A DNA stretch of 64,000 nucleotides, from the NCBI GenBank assembly GCA_963799845.1, contig CAWCYI010000004.1:1248001-1312000 (forward strand). The letters run 5' to 3'. The stretch comes from an uncultured Nitrososphaerota archaeon (GTDB lineage: Archaea > Thermoproteota > Nitrososphaeria > Nitrososphaerales > CADDZS01). The translations under genes were made by a program, and so were the position numbers. Shown here piece by piece: positions 52,042 through 61,654 of this stretch. The notes under the pieces are model-generated. The model saw nothing but the letters and a program-made list of their open reading frames with translations. It was not told where the DNA came from and did not search any database. The stretch's first letter is position 1, and each line of letters starts with the position of its first letter.

Positions 52042-52823
52042 TGAAGCAAGTCGTATGTCTCAAGGTGACACCGAAGATTGAGCAGCTCAAATTCGACGAA
52101 GCAAAGAAGACGATGATCCGCGAGGGTGTTGAGAACGAGATCAACGAGGCGGACAAAAATGCTCTAGAAATGAGCCTGAGCCTCAAAGATAAGCTGGGCG
52201 GACAGGTTGTTGTTCTATCCATGGGTCCTCCGGCGTTTGATCCTTATCTCAAACTCGCGATTGCGATGGGAGCTGATGGGGCGATTCTCTTGAGCGACAG
52301 AGCTTTCGCAGGGGCAGATACATACTCGACATCTCTCGTTCTCGCAACAGCAGTCAAGAAAATCTCCGATTATGATCTGATTTTCTGCAGCGAAGCTTCC
52401 TCTGACGGGAGCACGGAACAGGTTTCTCCAAGTATCGCAGCTTGGCTTGGAGTTCCACTGATTAGCTATGTGAGCAGCATGTCTGTGAATGATGGCCGGG
52501 TCCAGGCAAAAAGAATCATCCGCGGCGGCTATGAAGTCGTCGAAACTACTCTCCCGACACTCCTAAGCGTGGAACTTGGCTGCAACACTCCGAGGTTTCC
52601 AGATTTCAGGAGAAAAAGATGGGCAGAGAAGGAATTCAAGACCACTGTCTGGGGAATAAATGATCTTGGGCTGAGTCCAAACGAGGTCGGTCTGGAAGGA
52701 TCCCTAACCAGCGTCAACGAGCTGAGACACATGAGATCGCCACAAAGAAAGAAAGAGTTTCTTACGGGAGAGCCGAAGAAGATTGCTGCAAGGCTTGCCG
52801 AAATAATCAGAAGCACTGCCTAA
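52041..52823 (+). CDS. etfB: Electron transfer flavoprotein beta subunit
   Basis: VCLKVTP, NEADKNALE, SMGP, AMGAD and DRAFAGADT motifs; TAATG overlap with etfA. Confidence 0.92.
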   Translation: MKQVVCLKVTPKIEQLKFDEAKKTMIREGVENEINEADKNALEMSLSLKDKLGGQVVVLSMGPPAFDPYLKLAIAMGADGAILLSDRAFAGADTYSTSLVLATAVKKISDYDLIFCSEASSDGSTEQVSPSIAAWLGVPLISYVSSMSVNDGRVQAKRIIRGGYEVVETTLPTLLSVELGCNTPRFPDFRRKRWAEKEFKTTVWGINDLGLSPNEVGLEGSLTSVNELRHMRSPQRKKEFLTGEPKKIAARLAEIIRSTA

Positions 52824-52942
52824 TTTCTTGATTAGCGCCGATGTGATAGTTTATGAGCTTGGACCGTTCCTCTAACACCGGGATTGGAGTGTGCGGACAA
52901 GATTCGTTCAGATTAGTTCCCACCATCCTAGCGTGAACCAAG

Positions 52943-53278
52943 TTGTGCGAACATCTTGAAATCGAGGAATTTGGAGCCTACATTATTCGTCGGGGCAGAA
53001 AAGAGGAAACTGCTACCCTTCTGAAGTGTAGCTCATGTGGGAAGTTCTTAGCACTCGATTCCAAAGTAGTACCAGAAAGGAACATTCTTAGAAAGACAAG
53101 CATGACAAGGGCGAATATGCGAACAGTAACCATCCAGCTCAACAGTGACGTCTACGAAAGAATTCAGAAACTCATCAGTGAAGAAAGCCTTAGAGAGAAT
53201 CAATCAAAAGTCATGAATGAGCTTCTAGGCCTAGGTTTGCATTACTACCATACTATCATTCCGAAAGCTCGCCACTAG
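52943..53278 (+). CDS. Small hypothetical protein with a Zn-ribbon-like N-terminus and RHH-like C-terminus
   Basis: CEH...CSSCG; MRTVTIQLNSDVYERI...NQSKVMNELL. Confidence 0.5.
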   Translation: MCEHLEIEEFGAYIIRRGRKEETATLLKCSSCGKFLALDSKVVPERNILRKTSMTRANMRTVTIQLNSDVYERIQKLISEESLRENQSKVMNELLGLGLHYYHTIIPKARH

Positions 53279-53294
53279 AATTCAGTTATGCTTG

Positions 53295-54053
53295 TTAAGT
53301 AAGAATTTGTCCCAGAAACATAGTCGTTGCGTAAATTAGCGTAATCAGACCATCTCTTTGATGCGCATCGAATAGTCTTTTGAGATCCTGCTTCATGATC
53401 TCAAAGCCAGAGTCGTTCTTCGTTGGAAGATACGAAGCGGAAGCAGCGCGTCCTACTAGGGCGTCGAAATCCAGTACCTGTTTATTTGGAACCGTGAATT
53501 CCCTGTAATTCTTGTTGTTGAAGAATTTCGCAAGATATTCTGCGTCGATATCGGGGACTACGTTCGCCTTCGCATTCTTGTTGATCAAATTTTCATAATC
53601 ATCCATCACACCATCGTCTCCTGTTCCTCTTTCATTGTAAACGATCATCACGTATCCTGACGGCCTGAGAATCCGTGCAAATTCTACCCGAGACTGGTCG
53701 GGGTCAAACCAGTGAAGCGCCTGCCCGGCGGTCACGAGGTCGATGCTATTGGAGGGAAGGCCGGTGTTTTCGGCTGATTGATTCATGCTGACAAAATTAT
53801 CATAGCGAGAGAGATTTTTCTCGGCAAACGATCTCATTTCATCGTTGGGCTCAATTCCAAAGACGCGGTTCCCATTATCGAGAAATACTTTCGTCAATAT
53901 TCCCGTGCCGGATCCGACGTCTGCGACGATCTTGTCTTTGTTGAAACCGATTTGCGCGTTCAGTATGTCAATGATTTCTTGCGGATAAGTTGGTCTGTAT
54001 TTTGAGTATGCCTCTGCCCTGCCGGTAAATCTGTTCATGAATTTCCCTGACAT
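53295..54053 (-). CDS. Class I SAM-dependent methyltransferase
   Basis: YSKYRPTYP, DVGSGTG, AGQALHWF and RILRPSG motifs. Confidence 0.92.
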   Translation of the reverse strand: MSGKFMNRFTGRAEAYSKYRPTYPQEIIDILNAQIGFNKDKIVADVGSGTGILTKVFLDNGNRVFGIEPNDEMRSFAEKNLSRYDNFVSMNQSAENTGLPSNSIDLVTAGQALHWFDPDQSRVEFARILRPSGYVMIVYNERGTGDDGVMDDYENLINKNAKANVVPDIDAEYLAKFFNNKNYREFTVPNKQVLDFDALVGRAASASYLPTKNDSGFEIMKQDLKRLFDAHQRDGLITLIYATTMFLGQILT

Positions 54054-54059
54054 GCCTCA

Positions 54060-54407
54060 TCACGACTTTACGAGCTTCTTGAATCCGATCATAGCGCAAA
54101 CTTCCTCGAATATTTCCATGTGACCCTCAAACCATGGACTCAGCATAAACACCGTGCCGTATCTTTCTCCCGACGAAACTAGAAGAGAACTGCTGACTAG
54201 GATGCGCATATGATGCTGGACTGCTTTGTATTGCAGATCGAGTTCGTTTGCGAGCTGATTAATGTTCTTCGGTCTCACTCTAATGATCTGAATTATTCGC
54301 GCTCGGTTTTCTCCTCCCCTTTTCCCACCTAGGAGGAACCACAGGAGCCGCCTTAATTCAGGATCGTCAAGCATCAGAATGATCCGGATCCTGGAATCAG
54401 TTGGCAT
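54060..54407 (-). CDS. Archaeal ArsR-like wHTH regulator (start may be ATG 54374)
   Basis: LLWFLLGGKRGGENRARII...NINQLA..L.LQYKAVQHH...YG. Confidence 0.85.
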   Translation of the reverse strand: MPTDSRIRIILMLDDPELRRLLWFLLGGKRGGENRARIIQIIRVRPKNINQLANELDLQYKAVQHHMRILVSSSLLVSSGERYGTVFMLSPWFEGHMEIFEEVCAMIGFKKLVKS

Positions 54408-54456
54408 AATTTGGAAGAACGGTTAAAGTCTTGTTCAAAATGTGAGAGTTCTGCGA

Positions 54457-54738
54457 ATGTATCCGCTAGTGGCGATGGCCACATTTTTCTCATTTCTAAA
54501 TTCGGCCCTCCTGCTCGGCCTTCTCTACCTCTACGCGAGGATTCTCGTAAAGACCCATGCAAAGTACACTTTCGGTTTGATCATATTTGCCGCACTGTTG
54601 CTGGTACAGAATCTGATAACGATGTCGTCGTACCTATTCATGATAGAATTTTATTCCTGGCAGCTATATCCGGTGCTCGACCTTATCGCGGTCTTCGAAT
54701 TTGCCGCCCTCATCGCCCTCTTCAAGGTTACCCTGTGA
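54457..54738 (+). CDS. Small three-TM membrane protein divergent from the wHTH regulator
   Basis: Three hydrophobic helices; GLIIFAALLLVQN. Confidence 0.75.
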   Translation: MYPLVAMATFFSFLNSALLLGLLYLYARILVKTHAKYTFGLIIFAALLLVQNLITMSSYLFMIEFYSWQLYPVLDLIAVFEFAALIALFKVTL

Positions 54739-54775
54739 TCAGTTGGCTACTACTCCAATCGTAATAAAGTTTCAC

Positions 54776-54800
54776 AGATTTGGATGAGATTTGGATGAAC
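54776..54800 (+). promoter_or_regulatory. 11-bp tandem direct repeat upstream of a TATA-like box
   Basis: AGATTTGGATG x2 plus AAC; related ATTTGGAAGAAC at 54409-54420. Confidence 0.55.
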
Positions 54801-54834
54801 CTTGATATAACGTAATGGCACTATCAGCCAGATC

Positions 54835-55455
54835 ATGACCAATTTCAAGACACTTTCTGTAGTGTTTGCGGTTCTCGCCATAATTTTCATAGCTTCTACC
54901 GGTTATCTGGTAGCGTCTCCAAGGTCTCTTACATCATTGCTAACTACTGTTCAGACGACAACAGTGGCAGGTGGAGGGGGAGTGCAAACGACAACTGTAT
55001 CTGTCGGAGTTCAATCTAGTATCAGCCAATCAAGTAGCACGTCCGTCGCTAGCTCCGGAGGAGTTACGATTGCCCTCGCGTACAAACCTGCGCTTGGAAC
55101 TTTTCTTACGAATGCTTCCGGATGGACCCTTTACTTATTCACCAACGACACGCAGAATAGCGGTGCAAGTTCTTGCTATGGACAGTGTGCGACGTTCTGG
55201 CCGGCTTTCCATGGCTCTTCCAGCAGTTTGACGCTTCCCCCAGGTGTTAACGCATCCAGCTTCGGCACAATCACCCGAACGGACGGAACGACGCAGCTGA
55301 CCTACCAAGGTTGGCCTCTGTACAATTATGCGGGGGACAAGGCAGCCGGCGAAACAAACGGGCAGGATAAATTCGGTACATGGTTTGTCGTGAATATCCC
55401 GACGATTACGATACCTGCGAACGCGACGAAGACCGTCAGCACGAGTTCAGGATAG
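54835..55455 (+). CDS. Membrane-anchored COG4315/Lipoprotein_15-repeat protein
   Basis: GWTLYLFTND, SCYGQCATFWP, RTDGTTQLTYQGWPLYNYAGD and NGQ...W motifs. Confidence 0.88.
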   Translation: MTNFKTLSVVFAVLAIIFIASTGYLVASPRSLTSLLTTVQTTTVAGGGGVQTTTVSVGVQSSISQSSSTSVASSGGVTIALAYKPALGTFLTNASGWTLYLFTNDTQNSGASSCYGQCATFWPAFHGSSSSLTLPPGVNASSFGTITRTDGTTQLTYQGWPLYNYAGDKAAGETNGQDKFGTWFVVNIPTITIPANATKTVSTSSG

Positions 55456-55468
55456 CCCGCCGAATTTA

Positions 55469-56020
55469 TTGACGCGAAGCCCTTTCCTTTTCAGGTGGAT
55501 TATCTTGAACGTCGGAAACCTGCTTACCCGAGTCGGCGGGGTATTGATGCTCGGGATTTTTGGTGTCAATCTATACATCGGTCTTTATGACACGAACCTC
55601 AGCCAGGTCAGCCCCGTTCACACGGAGCTTAATTGGGTAATAGTCGCGGCCGACCTGCTTGCTGCAATTTTCCTGCTCGTGAAGCCCGGTAATTTGATCT
55701 TCAAATCGCTCGGAGGAATTGTCTGGCCGATTTTTTACGTCGCAAACCTGTTCATTGACGTTGAAACGCGTCTCTGCCTTGGGGGAGCAGAAACGACCTG
55801 TTCTACGACAGTATCGGACGCGTATCAGTACCTGATACTTGGTAGCGCCGGCCAGGAGTGGGTGCTCTGGCCGTACACCATCCGATTCGCGATCGGACTC
55901 GCGGTAGCTGTGTTGATACTTTCGTTAGTATCGTTGAAATTTAGAGTACCTAAAGAAAAAAAGTCGCAGCAGACAATACAGCAGGATAAGCAGGTTCAAT
56001 CCGGCACTGACGACAAATGA
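55469..56020 (+). CDS. Four-TM membrane protein
   Basis: Four hydrophobic segments; Cys pair in a loop. Confidence 0.7.
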   Translation: MTRSPFLFRWIILNVGNLLTRVGGVLMLGIFGVNLYIGLYDTNLSQVSPVHTELNWVIVAADLLAAIFLLVKPGNLIFKSLGGIVWPIFYVANLFIDVETRLCLGGAETTCSTTVSDAYQYLILGSAGQEWVLWPYTIRFAIGLAVAVLILSLVSLKFRVPKEKKSQQTIQQDKQVQSGTDDK

Positions 56021-56224
56021 AATTCTAGCTAATCTTAATCTCGTATCCCTCCTCCGGTTTGAATTCTCGGCATTATCATTCCTGCAGAGGAGACAAGGGC
56101 CCAGGATAAGGTCACTTAAGATCAAAGTGTCAACCTTGCGCGAGCTAAGGCACACCCACGAAGAAATTGAGTTTGAGTATCCTCCGAAGTGAAATCATTT
56201 CTCTATACTATCGAAAATCCTCTT

Positions 56225-56638
56225 TCATTGTCCATCTGCGCGTTTGAGTACTACAACAGGAATCTTCCTGGTAGTTTTCTTTTGATAATCATCGTAAGTT
56301 GGATATATTTTGGTAAGCAGTGGCCAGAGTCTTGCCTTTTCATCGTCTGATACCTGCTCGGCTGTAACTTTTTTCTTTTCATTCTTAATCTGGATCTGGG
56401 CATCTGGACTTTTTTTCAAGTTCATCCACCAAGAAGGATAACTATCTCGACCCCCGTTTGAAGCCACCACAGCAAAATTCTTGTCATCGATAATATAGAG
56501 CAGTGGAGTGGTCCGACGCTTTCCAGTCTTTCGGCCTGTTGTTGACAAAAGCAGAACCGGCGCGCCCCTGAAGGTACCGCCAATTCGGCCACCTGACAGC
56601 TGGTAAAAGAATACGTGTAAAGTAGTGAAGGCATTCAT
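56225..56638 (-). CDS. Deazaflavin (F420)-dependent nitroreductase/quinone reductase family (Ddn-like)
   Basis: LLLSTTGRKTGKRRTTPL, VASNGG...P.WW.NL and YDDYQKKTTRKIPVVVL motifs. Confidence 0.92.
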   Translation of the reverse strand: MNAFTTLHVFFYQLSGGRIGGTFRGAPVLLLSTTGRKTGKRRTTPLLYIIDDKNFAVVASNGGRDSYPSWWMNLKKSPDAQIQIKNEKKKVTAEQVSDDEKARLWPLLTKIYPTYDDYQKKTTRKIPVVVLKRADGQ

Positions 56639-56771
56639 TTTAGCAGATCGTAAATGCTCATCCTTTTTTCGTTATCGGAGCTCTGCGAGGGTGGGAATTC
56701 CCCCTGGTGTAAATCACAGTCAAACGACGGTTGTAATCTAAAATAATCGAGCACAAGAAAAATGCAACTCC

Positions 56772-58043
56772 ATGTCCGCTTCGCGACTCCGCAAAGTAAT
56801 CACGCTGAGATACGCGATAGCCCTTTACGTGAGCTCAGTCATTGGATCCGGAATCCTCGTTCTGCCTGGTCTCGCGGCCAAGATCGCCGGGCCGTCTTCT
56901 ATCATCGCGTGGGTAATCCTGTCGTTTGCCAGCTATCCGTTCGCGTATACTTTTGCCTCGATGTCCGCTCGACGCCCGGAGTCTGGTGGCGTTTACTCAT
57001 TTGCGAAGGAGAGTTTCGGCTTCAGAATATCGACGGTCACAAGCTGGCTCTTCGCCTTCTGGTTCATTACTGGTGGACCGGCCGTAACTCTCATAGCCGC
57101 TTCGTATCTAGGTTACGCTTTTCCCCTCAATCGCCCTGAAACGTTTGTCGCCGCCTTTGGGATAATATTGGCTACATTCATAGTAAACTACCGCGGAATA
57201 GTAGTAAGCTCCAAGGTTCAGCTCGCAGTCATAGTTTCTGTTATCACTTTGATCGTTGTTGCGACCCTCTCATCGCTTTCTCTTGTGCGAGTTCAGAATT
57301 TCACCCCGTTTTTTCCCAACGGGCCGTTCGCAGTCGGAACCGCTGCCGCTCTAATCTTCTGGTCGTACCTGGGATATGAGAACGTGTCGAATGTTGCTGA
57401 AGAATTCGAAAACCCCAAGAGAGATTTTCAACGGAACATTTTGCTCAGCGTGTTCGTCATCGGTATTCTTTACATTTCGGTTTCATTTGTAACGATTGGG
57501 ACGCGCGCGTATTCGGCCGGCGGAGGAGTTGCTCCATTTGCCGCGATCCTTTCGAACGTTCTCGGAACTTACGGCGCAGCAGGAACCGCGATTCTCGCCG
57601 CCTTCATCATATTCGGGGCAGGCAATGCGTACATGACGGGGATGTCTCGCGTTGTCTACGCCGCCGCGAGAGACGGCGCTTTTCCAAAATTTCTCGATCA
57701 TCTTGATGTAAAGACAGGATCGCCCAACCGCGCTCTGGTCGTGTTGTTTAGTTCTGCAGTCGTGGTCCTGGTCGTCTTCTACTTTCTCAATGTAGATCTC
57801 GAAACGGCTCTTCTTATCCCAAGCGGGGCAGCCATCACTGTTTACGTCATTGGATCGGCTGCCGGGGTTAGGCTCTTGAAAGAAAAGGGTGCCAAGAGAA
57901 TACTACCCGTGATATCCCTTGCCATTTCTCTGCTGGTTCTCCCATTCATCGGAGTCTTGCTCTCAGCAAGTATTTTCGTCGTGATTCTGGCTCTAGTCTA
58001 CGCGACATATGCCGCAAGACGCTTAGTATCTAGAAAAGTGTAG
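56772..58043 (+). CDS. APC-family amino acid permease (YjeH-like)
   Basis: VIGSGILVLPG, PESGG, FWSYLGYE and EEFENPKR motifs; about 12 TM. Confidence 0.9.
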   Translation: MSASRLRKVITLRYAIALYVSSVIGSGILVLPGLAAKIAGPSSIIAWVILSFASYPFAYTFASMSARRPESGGVYSFAKESFGFRISTVTSWLFAFWFITGGPAVTLIAASYLGYAFPLNRPETFVAAFGIILATFIVNYRGIVVSSKVQLAVIVSVITLIVVATLSSLSLVRVQNFTPFFPNGPFAVGTAAALIFWSYLGYENVSNVAEEFENPKRDFQRNILLSVFVIGILYISVSFVTIGTRAYSAGGGVAPFAAILSNVLGTYGAAGTAILAAFIIFGAGNAYMTGMSRVVYAAARDGAFPKFLDHLDVKTGSPNRALVVLFSSAVVVLVVFYFLNVDLETALLIPSGAAITVYVIGSAAGVRLLKEKGAKRILPVISLAISLLVLPFIGVLLSASIFVVILALVYATYAARRLVSRKV

Positions 58044-61000
58044 TCTGAAACTGCTCGACCGGTCGAAGTTTCTTCTTCTTTTCTTGTTTCTGATCGCTTT
58101 CGATCTCTTCGGTCGTACTGAGGCTGACCTCCGCGATTTTCGGAGTTTTGACGAAGGCCGGCGGTATCAGTATTGTCTCAGTTTCCGTCTCAACGAGGCC
58201 GCTCACGAAGTAATCCTTCATGTCGGACTGATGTCCTTCCGGCGTGAATAAAGTCGCAAGCTCTTCCGAGGCAAGTATGAACCTCGATCTGAGATACTCG
58301 CCGACATCGTATTTGTGGGACAATCGCAGGCCCAGCTGCAGATATTTCTCAACTGAGCCGCGGGTGACGGAAGCCTGAAGGGTTCCACCGCAGGATAGGC
58401 ATACACCCTTGATCGGCATACGCCTGTACTTTGTCGAACAGTCCTTGCACCTGAATCGCTGGGAAGTATACGCCTTTGTGTTGCCGATTATGTCAGGGAG
58501 CAGATGGGTTCGTAGAACCGATTTTACCACATCGTGCGGATTTACTGCGTTTATCTTCTCTGCAATCTCGATCTGCCTGTCCAGTTTTTCAGTCAGCGTG
58601 ACGAGGGTGGAGTAGCTGGATCTATTGTTCTTGACTGTGATCGTGTTTGTGTCATGGGTGAATCCAAAGCCGTGATACTGCTTTTCTGTGTCGAGCCTAT
58701 CCTTGACTATCTCGATGAATTTTTTTGCCTCACTGGGTGTAACTTTTCTCTCCGCTGCTTCGTAAAACTCCAGCGGGTACAGGGAGGTGACGTCCATATG
58801 GTGCGCCTGCCTTTGCACCTCCTTGGGCAAAATAAGCGGTTGGATCAACAAAGGGGCGTCCATAAGGCCCCCAATGATTGAGGGTAGGAATTTTTTCGAA
58901 AAGTTGAGCAGTACATCCATCATCAAAAGGATCGAATCCCCGTCGCCGTCGCAATCCCTCCTCTTCGCTGAATGCCAGTACGGCGTCGCAAAGCACGCCT
59001 GCGCATTTGAGAATCCCACGACCCTACCCACTATTCCTACCGAGGTGTGCGGCGCCAGTCCTATGATAAGGTGACCTATCAGGTCCTGCGGGTTTTCGAC
59101 GTTATAGTAAGGCTCAAGGTTGTACTGATGCACCAAGAGATCATCGACGTACTTTGCGACGGAGACAAGAAACGTCCCCGCTTCGAAGGGGACTATCACG
59201 TCCTGCATCAGGAGCTCCACCGTCTGGTCGTCTCGCTCCAGTGGTTTCCCGTTGACATCGAGCGAGTAGCCTATTTCCTTGAGTTTGGTTATGCTCGTCT
59301 GGATCTGCTTCGGCTTGAAGTGAGTCAGCGGAACGTTGGTTGCATCGAACCTGATCGTGCCGTCCCGGTAGACGGAAAGGTCGTACTTTTGTCGGAGCAA
59401 AACTTTCTCCAGGCGCTCCGGGATCTTCAATTCGTTGGTCAGTCCCAGCACTCCCTTCAGCGGTTTCTGCGGAATGTAATCAACCCTGAGCGAGGCCTTG
59501 CGAAGCTCCTGTTTCAACGGAAATTCGAACCCGGAAGAGAACCTGAGCTGTCCTCCGCAGGCCGGGCATCTTGTCGCCGAACTATCAAGAGCTCGAGTAT
59601 GGCACTGCACGCAAACCTTGAATAGAACCGGAGTGGAGTCGCAGAGGGCACATTTTGCAGTAATACATCGCGTCCCGCATTTAGGACACTCCAAGTTTAC
59701 AATCTCGATTGAAAGACTGTGGTTTTCGGAGGCCAGGAGAATGTCTCTGGACATCCCTACGGACTTACCGACGGGGAAAAGTCCCTGAACCGGTGGGCGC
59801 ATCTTCCTCGGCATCCCCTTCTCAGGCCTCCCCACCCTCACGCCCACGAACGTGGAAGATTTGTTTTTGATCTGCATGTCGGAGAGCTTGCCCACGAGCT
59901 CACAGGTGTTCGTCCAGCCTTCGCCCGAAAGTTCTCTCGTCCTTTCTCTTCGCAGATCCAAGCACTCCATGATGACCAGAGCGTCAATGCCGGTTACAAT
60001 AATTTGGTTTTCCGCAAGCAACGAATGCTCCACCCCCAGTTTCTCAAGAATCGGCTTCAGAGCAACGTCGCCTCTGAGCGAGACGAGAGCTTCATTATTG
60101 TACACAGACAGACCGTCGCGAAGGCGAATCAATTCCGAGGGACTGATCTGGTCCCAGTAAAACAAAGACCTGGGATGCAGTGGGACCTGCATAACGCGGC
60201 TGATTCTTTGGGCTTCGAGAAAAGTTGGAAATGTATGAAGAGGTTCCTTCATGAGCTTTTCCAGTCGCGTTCCCTCGATCCCGAGATCCGCCGCGCCTGA
60301 TGCAAGCCCGGAGTACCGCTGCTTGAAGGCTTTGGCGAAATCCTGCGCCCACCATTCCTCTACGTAGGCGGATGGGACAAGTTTGTAGTTGTTCTCGAGG
60401 AAATCCCCGAACGAGATCAGAATATCACCGAGGTAAAGTATCGAGTCAAGCTGCGCCGCAAGCGAAGCAGCGTGCTCAGCGTCCTTGACCCTCAACACAC
60501 TGCCGTCCTTGAGACGCACGATTGGAGTTTCCAGGGTGTCGACGATCGCAATGCTCGCGCCCTTCCCTGGCATATCTACCTTGATCTGCGTTCCGATGAC
60601 TATCGGAAAATTGAGTAGCGAGCAGACGGCGGGATGGATTCCCACCGCGTGAATTCCCGTGTTTGGAGCCCTCCCGTATCTCAGGCGGAACCCCCCGGGT
60701 TTGTTGGGCATCGAAAGGACCGGCCTGCCGGAGATTACTTCCTCAAAGTGGGAAGAGCTTGCCTTCGTCTCGTCGGTTCCCTGCTGTTTTCCGCCGGAGA
60801 GCTCGGAAAGCCACGTCCAGTCGTCAATACCGAGCTCGCCAAGAAGCTTCAACAGTTTCTTTGATTTTCCAACCACTCCATCGTTGAGGACCCTGAGCGC
60901 CCCGCCTCTAACTCTGTTGGAGGAGATTCTCTTCATGTCGCGGTGAACAACCACTTCGTAATTATCAGTCCACACGCCGTCAATTTCAACAGGCAGATTT

Positions 61001-61638
61001 TCTATTGCCTTTTGCACATCCTCGTCGGTAATCTTGTACTGAAAGTTACCGACGTCCCGCTCGTAGATTCTGAGCTCTTCGACAAAGCGCCCAACTTCGT
61101 CGTCGAATCCGGATCCAATGTATTTGTCGAGGCCCAGAGATTTCCTGACCTGATCAGCTATTACAAGCGTTAGGGCAGACTCGGTTCCCCCGGCTGATCT
61201 AATCGGGCCCGCAAACTCTATGCTGAGGTAATCTGATCCGTTCTGGTTTTGTTTGATTCGGACAGCGGAGACGCCCTGAATTGGAGCAACGGTTACACCA
61301 TCGGTCACTATCGCAAGCCCCAACCTGACAGCGGCTTCGGCTGGCGTCTGACCTTCGGGAAGGGAATATTTTCCCGAAGCTACTTCTCTTGCGAGGATCA
61401 ACGCCGCGACCTCTGTACGGTTGGATTGCATCAACTCCCGAAGGCGATCCGCAATTGGAACCTCCAGCAACTTCGCTACCCTGTCGGCCAAATCGAGGGC
61501 AAGTGGAGACTCTACGATTAATGACGGATCTGAGCCCTGAGTTTTAGCTACGGCTGCTAGTGAGTATTGCTTTTGGAGCTCTTTCTCGATCAAACTATGA
61601 TACTGCAAATACGACGCGGGCTTTGAAGTACTGTCCAC
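58030..61638 (-). CDS. polC: DNA polymerase D large subunit (DP2), no intein seen
   Basis: AGPIRSAGGT, GGFRLRYGR, GRPEK, DGTIRFD, KRRDCDGDGD and GGLMDAPL motifs; C-terminal Zn fingers. Confidence 0.97.
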   Translation of the reverse strand: MDSTSKPASYLQYHSLIEKELQKQYSLAAVAKTQGSDPSLIVESPLALDLADRVAKLLEVPIADRLRELMQSNRTEVAALILAREVASGKYSLPEGQTPAEAAVRLGLAIVTDGVTVAPIQGVSAVRIKQNQNGSDYLSIEFAGPIRSAGGTESALTLVIADQVRKSLGLDKYIGSGFDDEVGRFVEELRIYERDVGNFQYKITDEDVQKAIENLPVEIDGVWTDNYEVVVHRDMKRISSNRVRGGALRVLNDGVVGKSKKLLKLLGELGIDDWTWLSELSGGKQQGTDETKASSSHFEEVISGRPVLSMPNKPGGFRLRYGRAPNTGIHAVGIHPAVCSLLNFPIVIGTQIKVDMPGKGASIAIVDTLETPIVRLKDGSVLRVKDAEHAASLAAQLDSILYLGDILISFGDFLENNYKLVPSAYVEEWWAQDFAKAFKQRYSGLASGAADLGIEGTRLEKLMKEPLHTFPTFLEAQRISRVMQVPLHPRSLFYWDQISPSELIRLRDGLSVYNNEALVSLRGDVALKPILEKLGVEHSLLAENQIIVTGIDALVIMECLDLRRERTRELSGEGWTNTCELVGKLSDMQIKNKSSTFVGVRVGRPEKGMPRKMRPPVQGLFPVGKSVGMSRDILLASENHSLSIEIVNLECPKCGTRCITAKCALCDSTPVLFKVCVQCHTRALDSSATRCPACGGQLRFSSGFEFPLKQELRKASLRVDYIPQKPLKGVLGLTNELKIPERLEKVLLRQKYDLSVYRDGTIRFDATNVPLTHFKPKQIQTSITKLKEIGYSLDVNGKPLERDDQTVELLMQDVIVPFEAGTFLVSVAKYVDDLLVHQYNLEPYYNVENPQDLIGHLIIGLAPHTSVGIVGRVVGFSNAQACFATPYWHSAKRRDCDGDGDSILLMMDVLLNFSKKFLPSIIGGLMDAPLLIQPLILPKEVQRQAHHMDVTSLYPLEFYEAAERKVTPSEAKKFIEIVKDRLDTEKQYHGFGFTHDTNTITVKNNRSSYSTLVTLTEKLDRQIEIAEKINAVNPHDVVKSVLRTHLLPDIIGNTKAYTSQRFRCKDCSTKYRRMPIKGVCLSCGGTLQASVTRGSVEKYLQLGLRLSHKYDVGEYLRSRFILASEELATLFTPEGHQSDMKDYFVSGLVETETETILIPPAFVKTPKIAEVSLSTTEEIESDQKQEKKKKLRPVEQFQTTLF

Positions 61639-61654
61639 GGTGATATATCACGCA

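Noticed and set aside
58030-61638. Intein in DP2 and the many overlapping short ORFs
   Set aside because: Length and motifs are continuous without an insertion; the short ORFs are shadow frames.
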